A stretch of 64,000 nucleotides of DNA, taken from the NCBI RefSeq assembly GCF_036321535.1, contig NC_087436.1:13020001-13084000 (forward strand), given 5' to 3'. Origin of the DNA: Camelus dromedarius. Taxonomy: Eukaryota. Positions 24,540-39,475 of the stretch are shown piece by piece. The notes beneath the pieces are model-generated. The model was not told the DNA's origin and searched no databases. It saw only the letters and a program-made list of their open reading frames with translations. The position numbers and the translations under genes were made by a program. Position 1 is the first letter of the stretch. Each line of letters starts with the position of its first letter.

Positions 24540-27174
24540 TTTTTCATGTATTTTTAATTCCATTTTATGAACTGTAGGTGGATTCTTTTCCCTACATTGT
24601 TGAAGATTCTCTTTAGAAGCATAAAAAGAATAATTCTTTAGCTTTTGTGTTGTCCTATTACTTAGTAATTTTGCACTGCAATGAACATTACTTCTATTTC
24701 AGATTATTTGAAGGTGACAGGTTTCAAGCATTTGTGTTGGTCATTTATGGTTTCCCAGTTACCTCTTTCACCAGGGCTACCTGTGGTTGAATCTTCATGG
24801 TTTATCTCTTTTTGCGTGAGGCCCTGTGTTTGGCTGTAGTCTCTTGTTTGTACAGGGTGTGTGGATTTAACATGGATTATAAGTCATGAAGCACAAAGTC
24901 TGTTTTTCTTTATTTCAAGGGCAGATTCTCTTCTAAAGGTAGTTTTATGCTCAGATTTCGTATCATGTAATGATTCTCTTAAGTTTTCATGATCGCCACC
25001 TTCCTACATTCAGAACATTCTGATATGTAGTTAACAAATTAATACCACATCTCATTTCTTAAGGGATGTGAGCCTGCTCATGCCAAAAAAAAAAAAAAAA
25101 AAGAGAGAGAGAGATGACTTTCTTCCATTTACAAGATAGAAACTCAAATTAATCACACGCACCTAATCAGTGTATGTCACTTGCATAGGAAACAGCATCA
25201 TGTTAAGAGAGTTTCCTCATTAGTTTTTCCAGTATAAGATCACAGACTCTTGCAGATGGAAGGGACCTTACAATGTAGCTCCCTCACTTAGTGGAGGAAG
25301 AAACCGAGGCAGGACGGGATTTCGTGACTTCCCTCAAGGTACACAGTTGGTAAATGGCATAGTTGGACTTGAGCCCCATCCTAGACCTGTGATCTGTCCC
25401 TGTCTTGCTCCGTCTCAGACTACTTTTTGACTTTTTCTTCTCTTTATTGTCTGTTTGAGCCTTACATCAATGTATGAGATACACAAGGCAGGTGTTTTTA
25501 TGCCCACCCGCAAATCAAGAGACTGAAGACCCTAAGAGTCTTTGTGGTTTGCTCAAGGACATAGTAGGAAGCCTGACACTTTGACTTCTCAAAGTCCCGC
25601 TTTGAAGCTCTTTCTGTGATTATGGCTTTAAAAAAACAAACAAAAACTAAAGACAGAGCTATAATAAACATAAGTTCCATTGATTCAGCTAAATAAGATG
25701 GAAAAACGATCTCTCATTGTGACTTCTTATATAAGCCTATTTGAGATAATAATTATCTGGTGATTGATTTACTCTCTTCAATTGAATAAACAGAATTCAG
25801 TGAAATCTTCCAAAGTAAGTACTTTTTTTTAAAGAACTGTTTTAGTTGTCAGTATGATATAGACAAATTCAAAATATCCATCCTATTCCTTTCTAGTACA
25901 CTCAATATAACTTAGTTACCAGATTTGTGTGCCTAATTCTTCTATTTGGTGTATAAATTTCTATAGTCTCACAAACAGAATATAGGAGAGACACTGTAAG
26001 TATCAGTAACCAATGAGACTGACATTAAATTCTGTAGGTTTTGGTCTTTCTCTGTTTTTGAGAAAACTACCTGTATGGACTCCATGTTTGGTGAAGGTCA
26101 TGATTTTGTGCTTGCTTTTGTTTTTAACATATCCCATGGCTCACAATTTTAGTAAAGACCTACGGATTATTTTCTAACCACAAAGTACTACTTGGTGAAG
26201 AACATCCCATCTTTTCCAGGAGGTTTGATTCTAAAACTAATCATTGCTTAGTTAGTAGAGGAAGAAGATTTTATGTGTATATTAGATTTTAATTAAGAAA
26301 AGACATTGGTCTTTACATTCTCTTATTAGTCTATCAATTAAAAATATTTCAACCCAGCAGTTCCCTCTATTTAAATAAGCGACAACATAAAGCACCTGGA
26401 CAGACAGTATTGTGTGTTATAATTGGTATGTGTAAATCTAAGCCCTCATAATTAAGACATAAAATAATGAGAGCTCTGTAAATGACTCAGCATTTATTTT
26501 TTTAAAGTTATAATTGATCCCCTGAACTGGTGGTTAATGATAATTTGCAAGTGTCATGAAAAAAAATGAGCGCCAAATAACCACTCCAAAGTATTAAAAT
26601 CCAGTATCAGAAATTTTAAGCTGGTAAATATACAGGCAAGGAGAACTGTTGATTTTATTTAGTGTTTTGTTATTTATTACATATGTAAGTCTGCAGATTT
26701 ATATGTAATAATATGTATTATAGAGCAACATTTTCTGGCCCCTCGGCTTTTAATAGACAGCTGGGTCTATTTAAGAATGTTGGGTTCAAGTAAATGAGTT
26801 TTCTAGCTCCTCTTTATGTCGAATGTTTTTAAAAGGTTTTGAAACATAGAGTATATAGGAGACACCTAACCCTGAACACCCCTCTTCTAGGTGGTGAGTG
26901 CTCATTCAGAGGAACGTACTAGCTTCTTCCTGGTCTCTAGTAGAAGTTATTTTGCTACACAGAGTTGGCCTTGAAAGCCAAAAATATAGTCTCTGGCTCA
27001 GAAGAGGCTTAGTAAAATGCATATACATGGACCTGGTTCAGATGGAGAAAGACATTTGTGTTTGTTTCACTCCCCTGCCTAAAATCTTTGAATGTCTTTC
27101 CACGGCTCTTTGGCTGAAGACCAAACCCCTGTGATGGTCTCCAGGCCGCGTGTGACCTGTGCTGCGTACGTACA

Positions 27175-27540
27175 AAGACACAGAGGACAGATTGGTGGTT
27201 GCCAGAGGTGAGGTTGGGATGGGGTGGGTTAAATGAGTGAAGAGGGTATTTATAACTGTTACAAGTTATAAACAAGTCCTGGGGCTGCAACGCACAGCAT
27301 GGTGACTATAGTTAACAATATCACGTAGTGTATTTGAAAGTTGCTGAGAGAGTAAATCATAAAGGTTCTTATCACAGGAAAAAATGTATAAATACTGTAA
27401 TAAATATGTGTGGTGACGGATGTTAACTAAATTTATCACGGTAATCATTTCACAAGAAATGGATATGTCAAATCATCATGTTGTACATCTAAAACTAATA
27501 CAATAGTAAATGTCAGTTACATCTCAATAATAAATAAACT
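27175..27540 (+). mobile_element. Old L1MA-type 3' end
   Basis: TGGTGGTTGCCAGAGG..GGTGACTATAGTTAACAATA..ATCTCAATAA; a similar antisense piece lies at ~12838-13070. Confidence 0.7.
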
Positions 27541-29287
27541 GAAAGTCCATCTCATGAAAGTACAGTGAGTTTTAAAGTTTAATACTGAAACAGAAATAGA
27601 CACTCAGTCCAGCCGAGAGTACAAAAATCTGTGGGAACATATGTGGAAATACAGAAAAACAACCATATAGAGCAAGGCTAGAGACTCACTAATTACATTC
27701 CCAAGGTCAAATATTGAGAGTATGGCCCCACACAGTGATGGAGTTATTTGTCCAGACAAACCCAGCTGTCTGGCTCCTGTGACTCTTCAGAAGATGGTAT
27801 TCCATATTTAAATTATTTTATCTTCAGACGTGGATTAAGCCAGCTCTTTCTAGCGATGTGTCAAACTGAAGGCCAACAATCAGGTTATAGTGAAAATCCA
27901 CAACCATCATGGGAACTGAATTCTTGAGGCTTCATGTCCAGGGACACTGTGGAGAAAGCCAGGTCCGTCTGGGAGAGTTTACGAGGGAGCACTGAGTTGT
28001 GAAGACGGGAATGGTACCGTTTTAATGTTTAGTGGTACCAGGTTAACATAACCCGATGACCCTTCTCCATCATAAGGATGTTCTGGCCAGTCAAAACTAT
28101 GAAGGCCTGCTGGCTCGCAGCACTCTGCATTACTCTGCGGCTCACTGGGAGGCTGTCCTCTCCTCTCTTCTATGATCTGGACCTGGATGTGGGTGTCTAG
28201 AATTTTCCTCTCTTTTTCCTACTTTTCCTGGACTCATCAGCCATCGTTTGGGTTATTTAAAAGTGCAACAAAGAAGTTTAAACTTATCTATTGCAAGAAA
28301 TTAGCACATTTTAAAAGATACGTTTCAGATACAATCAAGTTTGTCAGCCACAGAGTCACACTGTCTCATGTTTCATTAGGGTCACTTTGCATTTGTTTTC
28401 CATGAAACGGAAATGCAAAGGGCAAATCCATGCAGTGATGACAGTGATGACTACAGGTCGTGCACGCCTTTGGGAAAGAGCTCTGGAAAAATCCAGAATA
28501 GTCGGGGAAGGGACCATGGATCGTGGAACTTGGTCTGGACCTCGCACGATAGCTCAGATTTGGATGAGCAAGAGGGAGAAGGACGGATAGTGATTCAGGA
28601 GAAGCGAACAACATAAATGAAGACGTGGAAAAGGAGAGCATTTGTAACAAGAAATTAAAATGGAAATTTGGTCTGGGATACAAAGATATGGAGTAAATTC
28701 CACATTCCATAGGGATCCTGGACTTTACACAGGATGTACAAAGGAGGTACCTGAGAACCAGTTTCATTATTCTGAACTTTACCGACCTTGTCAAAAGTAT
28801 AAAAGATTGATAAATTGGAGATATAAGGGTTAATAAGTTGGAGAGAGCTGCTGTTGATTTGTGGGTTCCCCCAGGTGGGTACCTGTATTTTACTAGCCAG
28901 AGAACTGAGTGTGTTCCCTGGAGATCGGGGCTAACAGACTCCAGTCTGTCTCTCCCCTGAAAAATCTAGAGCAGGAATGTTGACAGTGGAATGAAGGAGA
29001 GGTTTCTGGAGTGAAGACAAACTGCACTCCAGGAGTTTGTGGGGAGAGTACTTGCTGTTTTCTCCTGAATGTGGGTCATCGGTGACTGAGAGAGCTGGTG
29101 AGGAGCTGTTTTAGGTCCTGCCTGGAGAAGGGCCAGAGGGTATGGTCTGAGCATCGCCAGCTTTTCAGGGAAGGAGTGAGTGAACGGTCAGAAGAGGGAT
29201 GTGTTCACTTCTGTTAAGGCAGCCTCTGATGAGAGGGGGGAAGCTTTCTCCTGCAAAAAGCCATGAAAGCACTCAGGAGAGAAAGTG

Positions 29288-29486
29288 TTTTTTTTTTTTG
29301 TTTTGTTTTTTATTGAAGTATAGTCAGTTACAATGTGTCAGTTTCTGATGTACGGCATGATGTCCCAGTTATGCATATATATACATGTATTCATTTTCAT
29401 ATTTTTTTCATTAAAGGGTATTACAAGATATTGACTATGGTTCCCTGTGCTATACAGAAGAAATTTGGTTTGGTTAGCACTTGGAT
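29288..29486 (-). mobile_element. Short L1 3' tail with TSD
   Basis: Reverse complement of 1953-2110; GAGAGAAAGTG at 29277-29287 and 29487-29497. Confidence 0.8.
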
Positions 29487-30577
29487 GAGAGAAAGTGATT
29501 TTTAAACAAGTGCCCAGGCCTAAGATCACAGACCATGAGTGCCTGTCAAGCAAGAATGTTCCTCCTTTCCTCCCCTCCTTTCCCATTACTTCAGTCCTAG
29601 GTGGTCCAGAAAACCAAGAGGAGGAGGAAGAGGGCAAGATGAGGAAACAAAGAAAAAGCCAGCGACTTCTGCCTTGCAGCCTGTGCCCCACCTGAACTTT
29701 CACTCAAGTTTCGGGTTTTGGTATTTATGTGGACATGTACATTCTAAGGATTAAATTGAGACTGTTTTGTGACTTTAAGCAACAGAAAGAATTTCAATTG
29801 GTTGCTAATGATTGTGGAAGTTGTAGGAGCTTCCTGAATTTTCACAGAAGGGCAGAAAAAGAATCATTGGCTGGACAACATAAAATAGGAGAAAAAAAGG
29901 CGGTTCAAGACTGCATCCCATGAATTGTGCTTTGCCCAAACACTTGTTACACATATTTATGACAGTAAGAGATGAGCGTATGTGAAGTGGAGAGACGTAG
30001 TACAGAATGATGCACAGCTATACTGAGTACGGGGGCTTATGAAGGAATTTAAAAGCTTGACAAAGTTTAAACTTGTCTGTTACAAGAAACAAGGAATAAT
30101 AAGGTTTTTGAGCACCAGCGTGTCATGGTGGTATTTAAGGAAAATGGGAGTAGTGTGGTAGGTGAATTAAAAGACTAGAAAATTTGAACAGGGAAAGTAC
30201 ATATTAATTAACAGAAAATATATAATAATATATAAATTATCATTATGAACTAGGGGTAAAGTAATAAAATTTGTACTAAGGAGATAGTAATAAAAATAGA
30301 CAGGAAAGAGCTAATCTGAGAATATTTTAAAAGGAAAATAAAATAGGAATGGTGATTAATTTGATTTATTAAAGAGAGAGGATGAGTCATATGTAATTCC
30401 TTAATTTTAACTACATGGTCAATGATCCAGCTGATGTCAAATTGGCAGGTCCCCCAGAGGAAGTGCCGTGGAAAGAGGCACAGAACTTAATTCAGGTGAG
30501 AGGACATGGGGAGATACATGGGTAAAGTAACAGCTGAAGTCACAAAACATATGAATATTTTGATGGAAATAGTATAT

Positions 30578-30770
30578 AGCAGTGGTTTTCAATAGAGCAT
30601 ATAAGAATTACTGGTAGAGAGCGTTAGAAACACAGTTCCTTCATCCTCCCCCACTTCTATACTCTTTCTAGAAATCAGAGTATCTAGGTTAGAGCCTGAA
30701 AGATGTTTGTTTCTATGAGTAGCCAAGGTGATCTTGATGCAGGGGGCTGGGGACACCCGTTGAGATCCTT
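30578..30770. mobile_element. MER5-like DNA transposon relic
   Basis: CAGTGGTTTTCAA start; AGGTGATCTTGATGCA internal motif. Confidence 0.6.
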
Positions 30771-31865
30771 CAGAGAGTAGAACAAAGGCCTTGTACTTAA
30801 CTAGAGAAATGCTTAGAAGTCTGAGCAGTAGGAAGGACTGTGGTCAGAACCCAAGGAATTGTTAGGAAAGGCAAAAAGATACTATAACATAACCAAAGGA
30901 GAGCGTCAGTCCAAGAGCACAAGGATATCGTGTATCAGAGAGACCTTAGGAGTCAAGGGGCGTGAGGATGGAGGTGACATCCAGTCGCCCATCTTTCAGT
31001 TGCATCCTCTCCATATCTTTTTGCTTCAGTTATGTTTCTTATAAACAACATATAGTTGTATAATTTCTGTCTTTTAACTAGAACATTTTGTCCATTCATA
31101 TTTTCTGAAGTCTTTCTGAGTCCAAACCTGTCATTGGTCCTCATGGAGGACCAATGAGTGAGAACTCATGTTAACATATTTCCTCGTATGTTGTGTGATT
31201 TTCCTACTGCAGGCTTGGATCTTTATCTGAATGAGTTCTTTGAACGCTGGGTGGGTTCTTCTGGAAAGTGTTTTTGCTTCTCTTGACCAAGTGCCCTAGG
31301 GAAGTAACGGTCTATATTGATTTAAACTAAATTCTTAGCTCAAAAATTTTCACATCATCCTACATTGTGGATTAGGCTACAAGCTGGTGTGAAGGCTGGC
31401 TTATGTTTAGGAATGCTCAAAGGGAGTTTTTACCCCTCTGTGTAGCACCAGGTTTCAAGTCAGATGTTCCCTGTGGAGGCAGGGGTTTATTTCTAATTCT
31501 CTCTCACACTGAAACCTTTGTGGATCTAATTTTATCAGAGAAACTCCCCTGAGACGCTCCATCTCCAACTTGCTCCCATCTCCAAAGGCTCTGGTCTTGT
31601 CTTCTACTCCTAAGTTCCACAAAGTCATTAAAAGAAAAGTTCAAGGACACGAGGGTCTGGTAAATAATCTGAAGGTCAAAGCTGAATTCAGGGTGCTGCA
31701 TATTCCCACTGTTCCTGATACTGCTTAATTTTTGAAGTGCTTTGTTGTCAAATTTTTATTGCATTTAAGAGGATGCATTTTTGTATTTTTTACAGCACTT
31801 GCTTTCAGGAGGAGGGTTGATCAGTGTACCTAGTCTCAGAAAACAGTTGTTCCCTTTAGTAATTC

Positions 31866-32370
31866 TGTCAGTGATGGTTTTTAAGAGGTAAATTATCTGT
31901 CTGTCTTGGTCTTATTTTATGCTTGTGACTAGGCTGTGGTACCTATTTTTTGGTCAAATACCAGTCTAAACATTGCTGTGAAGGTGTTTTTTAGATGTGA
32001 TTAACATTTATCTCAGTAGTATTTTGGTAAAGCAGATAGTTTTCCATAATGTGGATGGGCCACATCTGATCAGTTGAAGGCCATAAGAGATAAGGCTGTG
32101 TCCCCCAAGGAAGAGACTGCTTTCAGAGCAAGACTGTGATATTGACTCCTGCAGGCATTTCTGGGCTGCCAGCCCTACAAACTCCAGACTTGTGATCCCA
32201 CATGAGCCAGTTCCTGAAAATGAATTTCTCTCTTCTCTCTCCCTCCCCCTACCCTCTTTCCCTGTCTATCTTCTCTCTCTTTTGCTTTCTCCCTCTCTCT
32301 CTCACCTCTATCTCTCTCTCTCTATTTCCATTATTGGTTTTTGTTTCTCTGGAAAACTCTGACTGATACA
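31866..32370 (+). mobile_element. MLT2 (ERVL) solo LTR
   Basis: TTGCTGTGAAGGT..TAGATGTGATTAACATTTA, CT-rich tract, CTGACTGATACA end. Confidence 0.72.
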
Positions 32371-32629
32371 ATGTTCATCCTTTGAAATAGCTTTTCTGGG
32401 TAGAAAATTCTAGATAGACAGTGGTTTTCTTCCAGAATTTTCACAATATTACTTCATTAACTTCTGACCTCTGTTGTTGCCATTGAGAAGTCTGCTGTTA
32501 GTCTAAATCTTATTCCTTTATAGGTTCTCAGTCTTCTGTTGTTGCTCTAAGATTTTATCTTTGTGTGTCTTTATTCAAAGATTTCACTTCTGTATCTAAT
32601 TGTCAGTTTCTCATTTTCCTTTTTATGAG

Positions 32630-33094
32630 AACACACTCCCCTCAGAGGGGCCACCACCAGCTGCACCAGCCTTGCAGTGGCCCCTTGGGCAGTAAGCACC
32701 ACCCTCACCGTGCCTTCTCCCAGGTGATCTGAGCACCTGCTGGCCTTGCCATTGAAGGTTTGAACACCACCCGTGAGTCACTCTGTCTCAGACATTTGAA
32801 TATTAGCTGCAAAGAGATGCTTTGGAGCATTGGGTACCATCCATTCAGTGCTACCCCAGAAGTCAGACCCATCGCAGCTCATCTTCCTCTTCCTTGTGGC
32901 AGAGGTAGTACCACTGCCTCTCCCTTTGTGTTTCTGCAGCCTTGGAGAAGCTCCCTGCTTCCTGCAGTTACTACTCCTCTGCCCCTTCTTACTCCTTTAG
33001 CTTCACATGCAAGTGTAGTCAATTTCTTTAACTAAATAGCCTCTGAAATCCCTAGAGTGGTTTCTGTTTTCCTGATTGGCTCCTGACTGAAACA
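32630..33094 (+). mobile_element. Old ERVL LTR (LTR16-like)
   Basis: 3' end CCTAGAGTGGTTTCTGTTTTCCTGA..CCTGACTGAAACA. Confidence 0.5.
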
Positions 33095-33611
33095 AGTACT
33101 TGTCATATATTTAGATAAACAAAAGAGGATATGAATATGCAAGCACACACATCTCCTAATACATGACTGAGTGGCCCTGCTTAGGTCTTTCCATCATCGA
33201 CTGTTTCGTCTCAGTGCAACAAAGCCATGCACGTCCAAAGACAAGTGTGTTTACCACTGGTGTTGCCTTCCTTTGGTTTGTTATTATCAGTTAAGTACAA
33301 TACTTTTGTTTCGTAAACACTTTTTGACAAATTTTAGAAATCCTAAAATTTGGGGCTTCTGAAATAGTTATTCCAAGAATTGAACATTTTCAGACAGTGA
33401 CTCATCCTGTCTAAGATTGCTGAGGGATTATCATCCTCCTGATTTATAAATGAGGAAGGTAAAACCATGACAGTCCCTGGGCATTCACAGAAATCAATGC
33501 CATCCATGATGATGTAGAGAAGTAATTGGATCTTAGCATAATGAATAGGTTTCTTCTTCATGCATTGTTGACTCTCCCATAATTACAGAGGAATTTTGGA
33601 TAGATCAACAT

Positions 33612-33762
33612 TTATATTATATATATATACACACACATACACACACATATATAATACACACATATTAAAAATATATACACACACAAATATGTATATGTAG
33701 GTATAGATAGATGTTTATGTGTGTACATGTATGTATGTATATAAATGTGTGTGTGTACATGT
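33612..33762. repeat. Degenerate (TA)/(CA)/(TG) low-complexity tract
   Basis: Read directly. Confidence 0.8.
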
Positions 33763-35084
33763 GAGTAAAATATCTTACTGCAGAACCCTAGAGCAGTGGC
33801 CATCCTTCTGAGACTTTGGTAAAATGAGACCCAGAGGGGTAAGATAATAGGCATTTTCTTTTAAAACCTAGTGAAAAAATGAAGTTGGAAGGAATTACCT
33901 TGTATGGTCAGGCACTTATATAGTGTTATTTGTTTTAAAAGACTTAAAATTTTTTTTCTAAACAAGGCACTCCCCTTTGGGAAGTAAGGCTTCTGACCCT
34001 GCCCCACATGAATTCATTTCCGTGAATGGCTACTAGATGCAAGGTTCCACGCCAAGCGCTGGTTACAATAGCTTACATTGTGCGGTGCTTCACTGTTTAC
34101 ACGTAGCTTTTAAGTGTGTTGCCGCATGCTCGGCTGGAACTGCCAGTTCTTACTAATCAACTTTGTTGGCGTTTAGTTATTGATCAGTTGGTATATGTTT
34201 CTTCCATGTGAAATTTCTTGACAAAGTCATATTTGTGCAACCCTCTGTATCTGCCACAGTGTCTCCCTTTCTCTTCCTTTTCCTTCCCTTCAAATTTGTT
34301 GACAACCAGCAGTATGACAGATGAGATGGACGTTCTTCAGTGAAATTTGGTTTAAAAAATGAGGTTAATTTTGCTACAGGGAATAACATTCTGTGTGGCG
34401 TCAAGGATAAAATAATGAAAATAACGTATAACTTACGTGTTGCATTTGACAATGCTCCCCATTGTCAAATCATTGAGACCCCAAACTTCATTATTAAATT
34501 ATCTCCATTTAAAATACCAGTTTGGGAATTTGGGGATGGGGCTTATTAAACCCTAGATGATTTTTACCAGTGATAATGCTTTTAAATTGAGTGAATATAG
34601 TACAGATACTAATTTTATTAGACTTCACAATACGCCATATGTTGTTGGGTCCATTTTGCTAGTAATTTGAGCGTTGGTAACATTATTTTTGTTTGCATCT
34701 GGGAATCACTTGTAGATAATTTCTACAGAGCACGTTTACCTCAACTTCAGGGATTCATTTAACTGAATCCAGCTTCTCCTAAATATCTTCATTTGCTTCT
34801 TCTGACATTTCCATTGTTACGCATCCTTGAAGACTTTTACATAATAAATAAGAATTCTGTTTTTGGAGAAGACTTTTGTGCAATTATTTTAAAATACATA
34901 TTTTAATGTCCAGTCTAGATCCTCACCATAGTATGCAAGTATACAAGTTTTAAACAGAGGTGGTATAATTTTTTGGTAATAAGCATATCTTCTTTTTCTG
35001 AATATCTTTAACATTACATATACATACATATATATATATACATATATATATAATTTCTAATTACAAAGTTAACATCGTGCTTTA

Positions 35085-35409
35085 TTTAGCTCGAGCTGCT
35101 ATAACAAAATACTGCAGACTGGGTGTTGTAAACAATAGCATTTATTTCTCACATTTCTGGAAGCTGGGAGTCTGAGATCAAGGTCCTGGCTGATGTAGTT
35201 CCTGGTGAGGACTCTTGTGTTCTCACATGATGGGGAGAGAGTGAGCTCTCTGTTGTCTCCGCTTACAAGGACACTAATCCTGTAGGATCAGGGGTCCACC
35301 CTTATGACCTCATTTAACCCTAATTACTTTCTTAATCCAGATACAGCGATGCTGGGGGCTAGCCTTTCAACCTATCGAATTTTGGGCGGATACAATTCAG
35401 TCCATAGCA
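35085..35409 (-). mobile_element. MaLR LTR (MLT1A-like)
   Basis: GCTGCTATAACAAAATAC..CATTTATTTCTCAC..ATTCAGTCCATAGCA. Confidence 0.75.
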
Positions 35410-38054
35410 CATATGCTCATTAGAACTACAGTAACGGAGTAGAAAGTGGTCTGTCCCTAATCTCACCCCACAGAGATGAGCTCTCTCCATAGTTGCTCAG
35501 ACCCTTCCATATTTTCCAGTGTGCCTATTTCTGTGTGTGTGTGCACACAAGGTGTATGCACTAGTGGTTATGATTTTACTTTACATATTGTTCCGTAATC
35601 TAACACTGCCCCTTAGCAGCACTTCATGAATTTTTCACAGTAGAGATATGCCATTGTTTAAATGTTTAAGGATTACTAATTTTTTTAACACACTGGATTA
35701 TACTATAGATTATTCTTTACAACTTTATGTAAAATATAACATATAAAATCTTTTTAGATGAGAACATGTATCTTTCCTGCATTTTGGGTGCTACATAGTG
35801 AACCTTTCCTACTGTTCTAAATGGATACTGAAGTCGTTTGCAGTGTTGCAAAGGACAGCCTGTCCATTTATTTCAGAGCCCTTATGTGTATATATTATGT
35901 ATATTTACAGAGCACCTATGTACATATATTTTATGTATATTATATATATGTATATACAGAGCATTATGTACATGTATTATGAAATATACAGGGTATATTT
36001 CTAGGTTCCTGAATGTGAAAAACTTCCTTTTGGATAAACATTGCCGACATGCCTTTTGGACAGTGTACATCCTTTATTAACCCTGCATATTATCACTTAA
36101 ACATTTTAGCAAACATTGGAGGTGAAAACAAGAGGTAGCTGTTTTTAATTTTGCATTTCCGTTATTTTTAATGAGCTTGAATACCATCATATTTGTTCCC
36201 AGCTTATTCTTTATGATCTGGGTTACCTGCCCTTACCCACTGTGAACCTGACTTTGGGTTTTTTTGTATTCTTTCACCTTCCTTACAGAACGCCATATTT
36301 ATTATGGATACTGAGTTGTTTATGTATTTTCAAAATGTTGTCTTTTGATTTTATTTATAAGCCATCGAGTAAATGAATGAGTAAGTGAATGAATGCTAAA
36401 AAGATAAAAACTGTTAAAGTACAACGTGCTAAATTTATAACAGGCCACTGTGGGATCACAGGAGAGTGGTATCTAAAGCAAAGTGGAAGCTAAGAGAAGG
36501 CCCCCTGTACCACGTGAAACTTGAGCTGTGCTTTCAAATAGGAGTAGAAATCATTCAGTCAAAGAAGGTGAAGAAGTTGTTCCAGGAAGGAGAGACAGCC
36601 ATCCGAATGGAAAAAGCAAGGTCTATTCTGGAAGTTAGAAATAGTCCACTGTGTCGAGAGCAGAAGGCCCTGTACAGAGAGTGGTGAGATGGGGCCACGG
36701 AGGTGGGAAACAGCGCTAACTGTTGAGTGGCTTGGTTGTTATGATGAGGCATGAGGATGTCACCTGAAAAGCTGCGCGAAGCACTGATACGTCTAGATTT
36801 GGATTTTAGGGAGACAATTCTAATACAAGTCTGAAAAATGGTTTAGAAGGAGTCAGTCTGAAGGCAGGAAGACCAGCTTGCGGTCTAGTTGATAATCTTT
36901 TCATTGTCATAATCACCAGGAGTGATTTCTCAATAATATTTCTCAATAATTGAATATTTCTCAATAATTGAATTTGAGTTAGCTCTGGAAGATTATACAC
37001 CCAGGGAGTGGGGAATAATTGGGGGTAGAGAGACTTTTCATTTTCTTCTGCACACAGACACTTTTGTATTATCTGAGTTGTGGTTTTTAATCAAGCATAG
37101 ACTTGATCAGAAGCTAATCTGTTATTGAAGGGAAGGATCTGACTTAGAAATTATTGTGCTGAGTATTGAGAGCCTTGGTGGAACACCAAACCAGTGTGGA
37201 CACCAATTCTCACATGGCCGCTAAAAGCTGGTATGATAATGTTTGGTTACGTTCGTATTTTGTAAGTATTCCAAGAAAGAGTGTTAAAACTCTTCTTTGT
37301 TACAGTCTGATTGTCTCTGGAACTATGTGTTCCCTGATCAACTTGGAGCGTGTTCAGGAGAAAGGAACTGCAAGTGAAATGACATAAAATAATGTCAGAT
37401 AAGAAGAAAATGGGGATGTTGTGCCTGGGGCAGGTCCAGTGAGATACTTGGCTTTGGTTATTGATGACATGTTATGCCAAAGAGAAATAAGACAGATTTC
37501 ACTAAATGTCCAAGGGAGACAAGAACAAGGAGTTGGAGTTATAAGAGGGCAGATTTGACTTAAAATAAATAAATTGAATGGATGTTACCTTTTTATGCCT
37601 AGAAAACTGATCATTGTTTTTGCCAAAAGCTGCAGAAATCCTTCATTTCACTAATACTTATGGCCAATTGTCCAACACACCAATGAAGAGGATGGAGTTC
37701 TTTGAACAAGAGAGCTGCCCCACACAGCCCTGTTCAGGGCAGATGTCAAATACACCAGAAAATAAAATGTTAGTTTCATCTGTAGACTTAGGGTTCGTGC
37801 CTGGGCGGATTGTGATCACCCCACAGCCCTGTGCCAGCCCGGGCTACCTCGGATTATGAGGTGTACCCCCCCCAGTTCCGTCAGCCAGGGCTGCTGCTGC
37901 GGGAGTAAGTTCTAACCAAGGCAGCACAGTTGATGTTTTTTGGTGACTTGATATACTTCCAAGACATCTAGTGTTGAAGCTCTTGGAAATGTTGCTTACT
38001 TGACAGAATTTGGACCATCCTTTTGTAAAGATGTTCAAGTTCCTTGAGTAGACA

Positions 38055-38570
38055 GTAGACGTGTTCTCCAGAGAAATGGAACCAATAGGAGATATCTAAA
38101 CCTGAAGGCATATGCGGATAGACACAGAGAGATTTCTTATAAGGAATTAGTCATGTGATCATGGAGGTTAACAGATTCCAAAATTTACAGGTGAGTTGGG
38201 TCAACTTGAGACCCAGAGAATCAAGGGTGTGATTCCAGGCTGAAGGCTAGCCATCTCAGGACTCAGGAAGAGCCAGTGTTTCAGTTCAGCCAGGGAAAAA
38301 AAGAAAAAAGAAAGAAAACAAAAAACCAATGTCCCAGATCAAAGGCAGTCAGGCAGGAGGACTCTCCCCTAATTGAGGGAGGGCCAGTCCTTTTGTTCTG
38401 GTCAGGCCTTCAACTGACTGCATGAGGCCCACCAACAACAGGGAGGCCAGTCTGTTGGACTCAGTCTTCCTGTTGAAATGTTACTCTCATCCAAAAACAT
38501 ACAGCATAACGTTTGACTCAATATTTGGGCACGCCATGGGCCATTCAAGTGGACACGTGAATTAACCATC
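38055..38570 (-). mobile_element. MLT2 (ERVL) solo LTR ending ~90 nt upstream of the 237-nt exon
   Basis: GTTCTCCAGAGAAA..GAACCAATAGGA start; AATTAACCATCA end. Confidence 0.72.
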
Positions 38571-38659
38571 ATGGCAGCATCAACAGAGCAGGTGTTACTA
38601 TTGCTGATCAGTATTTACTGCATGTGATCTGATTTTAATCTCCTCTTTCCCCTACCCAG

Positions 38660-38896
38660 GGATTATTTACTTAACATCAACTGTTAGTCATTTGGAATCC
38701 AGTACACTTTTGCTGCTGGTCTGTGCTCGAGATGGTGGTGGCCTCACTTCTGTCACTAATGCCGAAGTCACTATACACATTCTTCAGACGACACTGGCGC
38801 CTGCTCAGTTTGAAAGGCCTAAGTATACTTTCTCAGTTTATGAAGATGCGCCCGAAGACAGTCTTGTGGGAACAGTGAAAGCAAAGGAGTCCTTGA
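38660..38896 (+). CDS. DCHS2: DCHS2 coding exon (237 nt, phase 1-1): IIYLTSTVSHLES...VYEDAPEDSLVGTVKAKESL
   Basis: cctacccag acceptor, A|gtaagt donor; ARDGGG and FERPKY..VYED cadherin motifs; overlaps ORF 38692..38907. Confidence 0.92.
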
Positions 38897-39475
38897 GTAA
38901 GTACTGACTTCTCAGGCCGCCTTGAAGTCCATTATTGGAACATTTCCTGTATTTCCTCAGGCTGTACAGTCTTGAATAAATCTTTCCTTTTCTCCGTGCA
39001 GGAACTGAGACAGTTCAATCTGTGGCTTGCACTTTGTTCTTTTTCAACGTGATTTCTATCCTGCATTTTCTTTTTCTAATCACAAAAATAATACGTACTT
39101 TTAACCCACTCTCCAAAACACACAAACACACTTCCAAAAATATTTTATGAAAATATGTCCTACTGTCTTTGTTGTTCTATAACTACCATTTCCCTGCCAC
39201 ACACCCCCCACCCGCCTACTTTGTATATGGTGGACAGTTTTCCAAGTAACTGAACATCATTCTGTCTCATTAAAAAAAAAGTTTCCTAGTATTTCAACTT
39301 GGATATAAAATATATTTTATTTGAACATTTTCTTTTACTATTAATTTGAATGATTTACAGTCATTTTTGCTGGTCCAAATAATACTCAGGCAAATATCCT
39401 TACATGACTTATAGAGGTTTCCCTACAAGATAAATTCCTAGAAGTGAATTAATTGTCCAAAGATCTTGTCCTGCT